From Bacillota bacterium (GTDB lineage Bacteria > Bacillota > Clostridia > Christensenellales > CAG-138): a stretch of DNA of 64,000 nucleotides. The translations under genes were made by a program, and so were the position numbers. The stretch is taken from the NCBI GenBank assembly GCA_023395595.1, contig JAEWYO010000052.1:6617-70616 (forward strand), read 5' to 3'. Positions within the stretch are counted from its first letter, which is position 1. Each line of letters opens with the position of its first letter. Below are positions 60,470 to 64,000 of this stretch, one piece after another. The notes below the pieces were generated by a model. The model saw nothing but the letters and a program-made list of their open reading frames with translations. It had not been told where the DNA came from and did not search any database.

Positions 60470-63439
60470 TTAGAACAGATAGCTGTAATCCCAGATGACT
60501 GCATTGATGATCTTCTCGATATCCGGGTTAATGGCGTTTGTGCCGAGCTTCACGGTGGATACATCGTCCAGACGGAGCTTGATTTTCCCGCCGCCGAGGA
60601 CGAAGAACCCCTTGTTTTCGCTCTCGTCAAACTCCTTTTCGGTCGAGAAGAACGTGAACTTCTCCTTATACGGCGCGCTGTCATAGGGGCAGAACACCGT
60701 GCAGTTGCCGCATTCGTTGCACATACGGTCAACGTGGATGATCTGTGGCATGTTCATGCCTTCCACATCAATGGCGATGTTCGCGCGGTTCGGGCAAACT
60801 TGCACGCAGCATTCGCAGATGGTCGAGCAGGCAAGGCAACGTTCAGTCTCTCTGCCCGCGCTGTCATAGACCGCAAGGGAACCCTGCTTGGCGAGGCAAT
60901 TGCCGGAACAGGCCTTCGCTTCTTCCGGCACGGTGACGGCATATTTGCCGACGATCGCGTCCGCAACCTTGCGCGCATCTGCGATAGCTTCCACAACGGT
61001 GGCAGGGCCGCGATTTGCGTCGCCGATGACAAACACGTTCTTCTCGCTGGTTTCGAGCGTATCTTTGTTCACCTGCACCGCGCCGCGCTCGGTCATGGTG
61101 ATGCCGTTATCGACGAAATCGGAAGCGACGACCTTTTCACCAATCGCGGAGATCAAAAGCGAGCAGGGGATTGTGACCAGCTCTTCCGTTTCAACCGATG
61201 AGAGTCTGCCGCTTGCGTCCTGCTTGCCGAGCACGCACTTTTTGCAGATCAGCTTGCCGTCTTTGAGTGCGACGGGGTTGAGTAACTCTTTGAACTCCAC
61301 GCCATCTTCCACAGCGAGCTGTAATTCTTCTTCGTCTGCGGGCATGTAGCGCTGCGTTCTGCGGTATACGATACTGCTTGAAACAACACCCTTGATGCGC
61401 TTTGCTGCTCTGGCCGCATCCATTGCGGTGTTGCCGCCACCGACGATGACGACATGCTCGCCAACATCTTTGAGCGTCTCGCATTTGTATTGCTCCAGAA
61501 AATCGAGCACATTCATGCTCTTGCCTTCACTCAGCCGCAGATCGCCGTGCGCCCACGCGCCTGTGGCGAAGACCACATGCGTAAAGCCGCTCTTTTTGAG
61601 TTCGGCAACGCTGGGCGCAGTTGTGTTTGTCTTGATTTCCGCACCCATGGCTTTGAGCAGATCGACATCGCGATCGATACCAAAGTCACCGATGCGGAAG
61701 CCGGGGATAACATAGCGGACGATGCCGCCAAGCTCCGCACGCTTTTCAAACACGGTCACCTTCGCGCCCTGACGACCGAGCAGATAACCCATCGCCATAC
61801 CAGCGGGGCCGCCGCCGATGACGGCGACGTTGGCCTCTGACTTGCCGGAGGGTTTCAGCGTAGAAATGATGCTGTCAAACCCTTCGCGTGCGGCAAGAAG
61901 CTTTGCGTCGCGGATGTGCACGTTCTCTTCATAGAACCCGCGTGTGCATTTGTCCATGCAGCGGTGGGAGCAGATGCGTCCCGTGATGAACGGCAACGGG
62001 TTGCGCTCCAAAATGAGCGTCAGCGCTTCGCCATACTTCTTGTCACCAACGAGACGGATGTATTCGGGAATATCCTGATTGATCGGACAGCCATGCTCGC
62101 AGGGCGCGATGAAACAGTTTGTCAACGGAACCTTGCTTTTGATCTTGCGAACGGGCAAGGGTTTCACGGGCTTGACGTGCCGTTCATCCGTACGTGCCGC
62201 GCGGGCAAGATAGGCAACCTTGCCGACGGAAATACCGTCGAACGGAACATAATCTTCCTTTGCCAGCTTTTCTGCGATTTGCTTGCTGCGCTGATAGCCA
62301 CCGGGCTTGAGCAGTGTCGTGGCGATGGTAATCGGCCAGATGCCCGCGTCAAACAACTCGGTAATGTTATAGAAATCCGCGCCGCCGGAGAAGGAGAGGC
62401 GCATTCTTCCGTCAAACTCACGGCTGATGCGGTGCGCCAGCTCGATGGTCAGCGGATAGAGCGAACGTCCGCTCATGTACATTTCGTTGCCGGGCAGTTC
62501 GTTTCTTGCGATGCCAACGGGGAAGGTGTTGGTCAGCTTGAGACCAAACTGCACGCCGTTGTTGCAGGCAAGATCAAGCAAGCGCTTGAACATCGGAACT
62601 GCGTCGCGATATTGCAAATCGTCATTAAAATGGAAATCGTCAAACACGAGATAATCATAACCCATGTCATCCATGGTTTTGCGTGCAAACTGATATCCGA
62701 GCAGGGTCGGGTTGCACTTAACAAACGTGTTGAGTCCCTTTTTGCTGATGAGATAGCTTGCGATGCGCTCAATCTCCTGCGGCGGGCAGCCGTGGAGCGT
62801 GGAGAGCGTGATGGAGGAGCAGACGTTGGGCGAAATTGCGTCGATGTACTTTGCATCAACCTTGGTGAAACGGGAAAGATTTGCCTTAGCCCATGCGCGG
62901 CACTCGTCCCAGATGGGCGTAGCGGAGGCGTTTTTGAGCCCTTCGATGAAAGAATCAATCTTCTCGCTTGTGATGCCTTCGAAATTATAGCCGACGCTCA
63001 TGTTAAACATGAATCCATCGGGGCTGCCAAGGTCAAATTCCCAGCTCATCAGCTTGAGCGCGAACCAAGCTTTGACATACTCGTCAAACGCTTCGGGCAC
63101 ACGAAGTTCAGTTGACCACTCAACGTTATAGCACTCGTCTTCCGCGAGAATACAGGGCTTGGAAACGGGAAGGTCTTCGCCATCCAGCGTCTGCACGGTC
63201 TTGAGTTCAAAGAAACGGCAGCCTGCATAGTAGGCGGCAACCAGGTTTTGCGAAAGCTGGGTTTGCGGGCCTGCCGCGGGACCAAACGGCGTCTCCAGAT
63301 GCTCGCCGAATAGATCAAGCATCTTTCCCTTGGGCGCAATATACGGGCGGCGAATACCAAATACACTGCCTTGTTTGCGCTCTTCCAGAATCCAATTCAT
63401 CAATTCCGCGAAGGGAATGGGGGTCATACGGTCAGACAT
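60470..63439 (-). CDS. ygfK: YgfK-type multidomain Fe-S flavoprotein (DPD-like TIM barrel, GltD-like FAD/NAD(P) module, C-terminal ferredoxin)
   Basis: Start at MSDRMTPIPFAELMNW (ATG 63439, GGAGGC RBS). Contains CEHGCPINQDIPEY, VAVIGGGPAGMA, VVIVGGGNTAMD, and terminal CxxCxxC clusters. Confidence 0.85.
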   Translation of the reverse strand: MSDRMTPIPFAELMNWILEERKQGSVFGIRRPYIAPKGKMLDLFGEHLETPFGPAAGPQTQLSQNLVAAYYAGCRFFELKTVQTLDGEDLPVSKPCILAEDECYNVEWSTELRVPEAFDEYVKAWFALKLMSWEFDLGSPDGFMFNMSVGYNFEGITSEKIDSFIEGLKNASATPIWDECRAWAKANLSRFTKVDAKYIDAISPNVCSSITLSTLHGCPPQEIERIASYLISKKGLNTFVKCNPTLLGYQFARKTMDDMGYDYLVFDDFHFNDDLQYRDAVPMFKRLLDLACNNGVQFGLKLTNTFPVGIARNELPGNEMYMSGRSLYPLTIELAHRISREFDGRMRLSFSGGADFYNITELFDAGIWPITIATTLLKPGGYQRSKQIAEKLAKEDYVPFDGISVGKVAYLARAARTDERHVKPVKPLPVRKIKSKVPLTNCFIAPCEHGCPINQDIPEYIRLVGDKKYGEALTLILERNPLPFITGRICSHRCMDKCTRGFYEENVHIRDAKLLAAREGFDSIISTLKPSGKSEANVAVIGGGPAGMAMGYLLGRQGAKVTVFEKRAELGGIVRYVIPGFRIGDFGIDRDVDLLKAMGAEIKTNTTAPSVAELKKSGFTHVVFATGAWAHGDLRLSEGKSMNVLDFLEQYKCETLKDVGEHVVIVGGGNTAMDAARAAKRIKGVVSSSIVYRRTQRYMPADEEELQLAVEDGVEFKELLNPVALKDGKLICKKCVLGKQDASGRLSSVETEELVTIPCSLLISAIGEKVVASDFVDNGITMTERGAVQVNKDTLETSEKNVFVIGDANRGPATVVEAIADARKVADAIVGKYAVTVPEEAKACSGNCLAKQGSLAVYDSAGRETERCLACSTICECCVQVCPNRANIAIDVEGMNMPQIIHVDRMCNECGNCTVFCPYDSAPYKEKFTFFSTEKEFDESENKGFFVLGGGKIKLRLDDVSTVKLGTNAINPDIEKIINAVIWDYSYLF

Positions 63440-63514
63440 GGGATGCCTCCTTATTCCTATATCATAGTAGCCTCGGCAGACCAATGCGGTTGCCGTTCCA
63501 ACGTTTCGTTTTGC

Positions 63515-64000
63515 TCAACCGTTGATCGATTTCCAGAGTTTCGCTGCGCTTGCGCGGCATTCTTGCATGACGAGTTTTTCATCCGCGACCAACACCTTAC
63601 GATCTTTCATGAGCACTTTGCCATTGCAGACGGTGGTGACAATGCTTCTTCCGTTCATACCAAAGAGGATATGTCCATTGGCGTTGTTTCCGTCCATCGG
63701 CGTGAGCGGGTCATAGTCAGTTACGATCACGTCCGCATATGCGCCGGGCTTGAGCACGCCGAGCGGGCGCTTGAAGAATCGTCCGGCGATGCGCGGGTTG
63801 TTTTCAAACAGCATCGTCGGGATTTCACCCCATGCAACGGTCGGATCGCAAAGATTGTGTTTGTGGATGATGTTGCCAACCTTGTAGCTTTCGATCATGT
63901 CGTTGGTGTAGCCGTCTGTTCCGAGGCCAAGAAGAATTCCTTCCTGAAAGAGCCGGATGACAGGACCGCAACCGACCGCGTTGCCCATGTTGGACTCCGG
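63515..64000 (-). CDS. ssnA: SsnA-type amidohydrolase (C-terminal part; N-terminus beyond the right window edge)
   Basis: The reading frame is open to the window edge (..PESNMGNAVGCGP..LGLGTDGY..DVIVTDYDPLTP..). Amidohydrolase-superfamily C-terminal motifs. Directly upstream of ygfK. Confidence 0.8.
   Translation of the reverse strand, partial: PESNMGNAVGCGPVIRLFQEGILLGLGTDGYTNDMIESYKVGNIIHKHNLCDPTVAWGEIPTMLFENNPRIAGRFFKRPLGVLKPGAYADVIVTDYDPLTPMDGNNANGHILFGMNGRSIVTTVCNGKVLMKDRKVLVADEKLVMQECRASAAKLWKSING

Noticed and set aside
61916-63115. 399-aa plus-strand ORF
   Set aside because: It is antisense to ygfK, whose own frame carries multiple Fe-S and dinucleotide-binding motifs.

Overview
This is a 64 kb chromosomal segment from a moderately high-GC Firmicute. 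The gene content looks Clostridia/Oscillospiraceae-like, which is an inference. Coding regions run at about 55-57% GC by my spot counts.

The left half (1-29.6 kb, mostly minus strand) is the conserved housekeeping 'ylo' neighbourhood known from Bacillus:
- yicC, remA, gmk, rpoZ
- priA, def, fmt, rsmB, rlmN
- PP2C phosphatase, PASTA kinase, rsgA, rpe
- ligA, pcrA, rdgB, scpAB, rqcH, rpsT

This is followed by groES-groEL with a textbook CIRCE operator. The ylo block is interrupted between priA and def by about 6 kb of accessory genes: a heterodimeric ABC exporter, a TauE-family permease and an HTH-membrane fusion protein.

The right half is more accessory:
- VanW
- an ECF sigma factor with a DUF4179 anti-sigma factor
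- a GT-C glycosyltransferase
- a CASTOR/POLLUX-like RCK channel
- an orphan [FeFe]-hydrogenase with a TSCCCP motif
- a YtrA-type GntR plus ABC module
- a PadR-fronted six-gene operon
- a lipoate-dependent 2-oxoacid dehydrogenase operon (E2-E3-fused E1 alpha/beta) followed by transketolase and LplA
- an SPFH protein
- the ssnA-ygfK-xdhD purine/selenium-type molybdoenzyme module, which runs off the right edge

I found no rRNA, tRNA, CRISPR array, transposase, integrase or phage gene. I cannot point to a convincing brand-new system. The best leads are modest and are listed as findings:
- the PadR operon of unknown pathway
- the HTH-4TM-LiaF-like fusion
- the ygfK/xdhD pair with no FAD subunit gene in the window
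- the group-B-like hydrogenase
- a sharply AT-rich 5' cassette in ligA
- several unexplained palindromes and motif arrays in promoters

Many long ORFs in the six-frame track are antisense shadow ORFs of real genes and were rejected.
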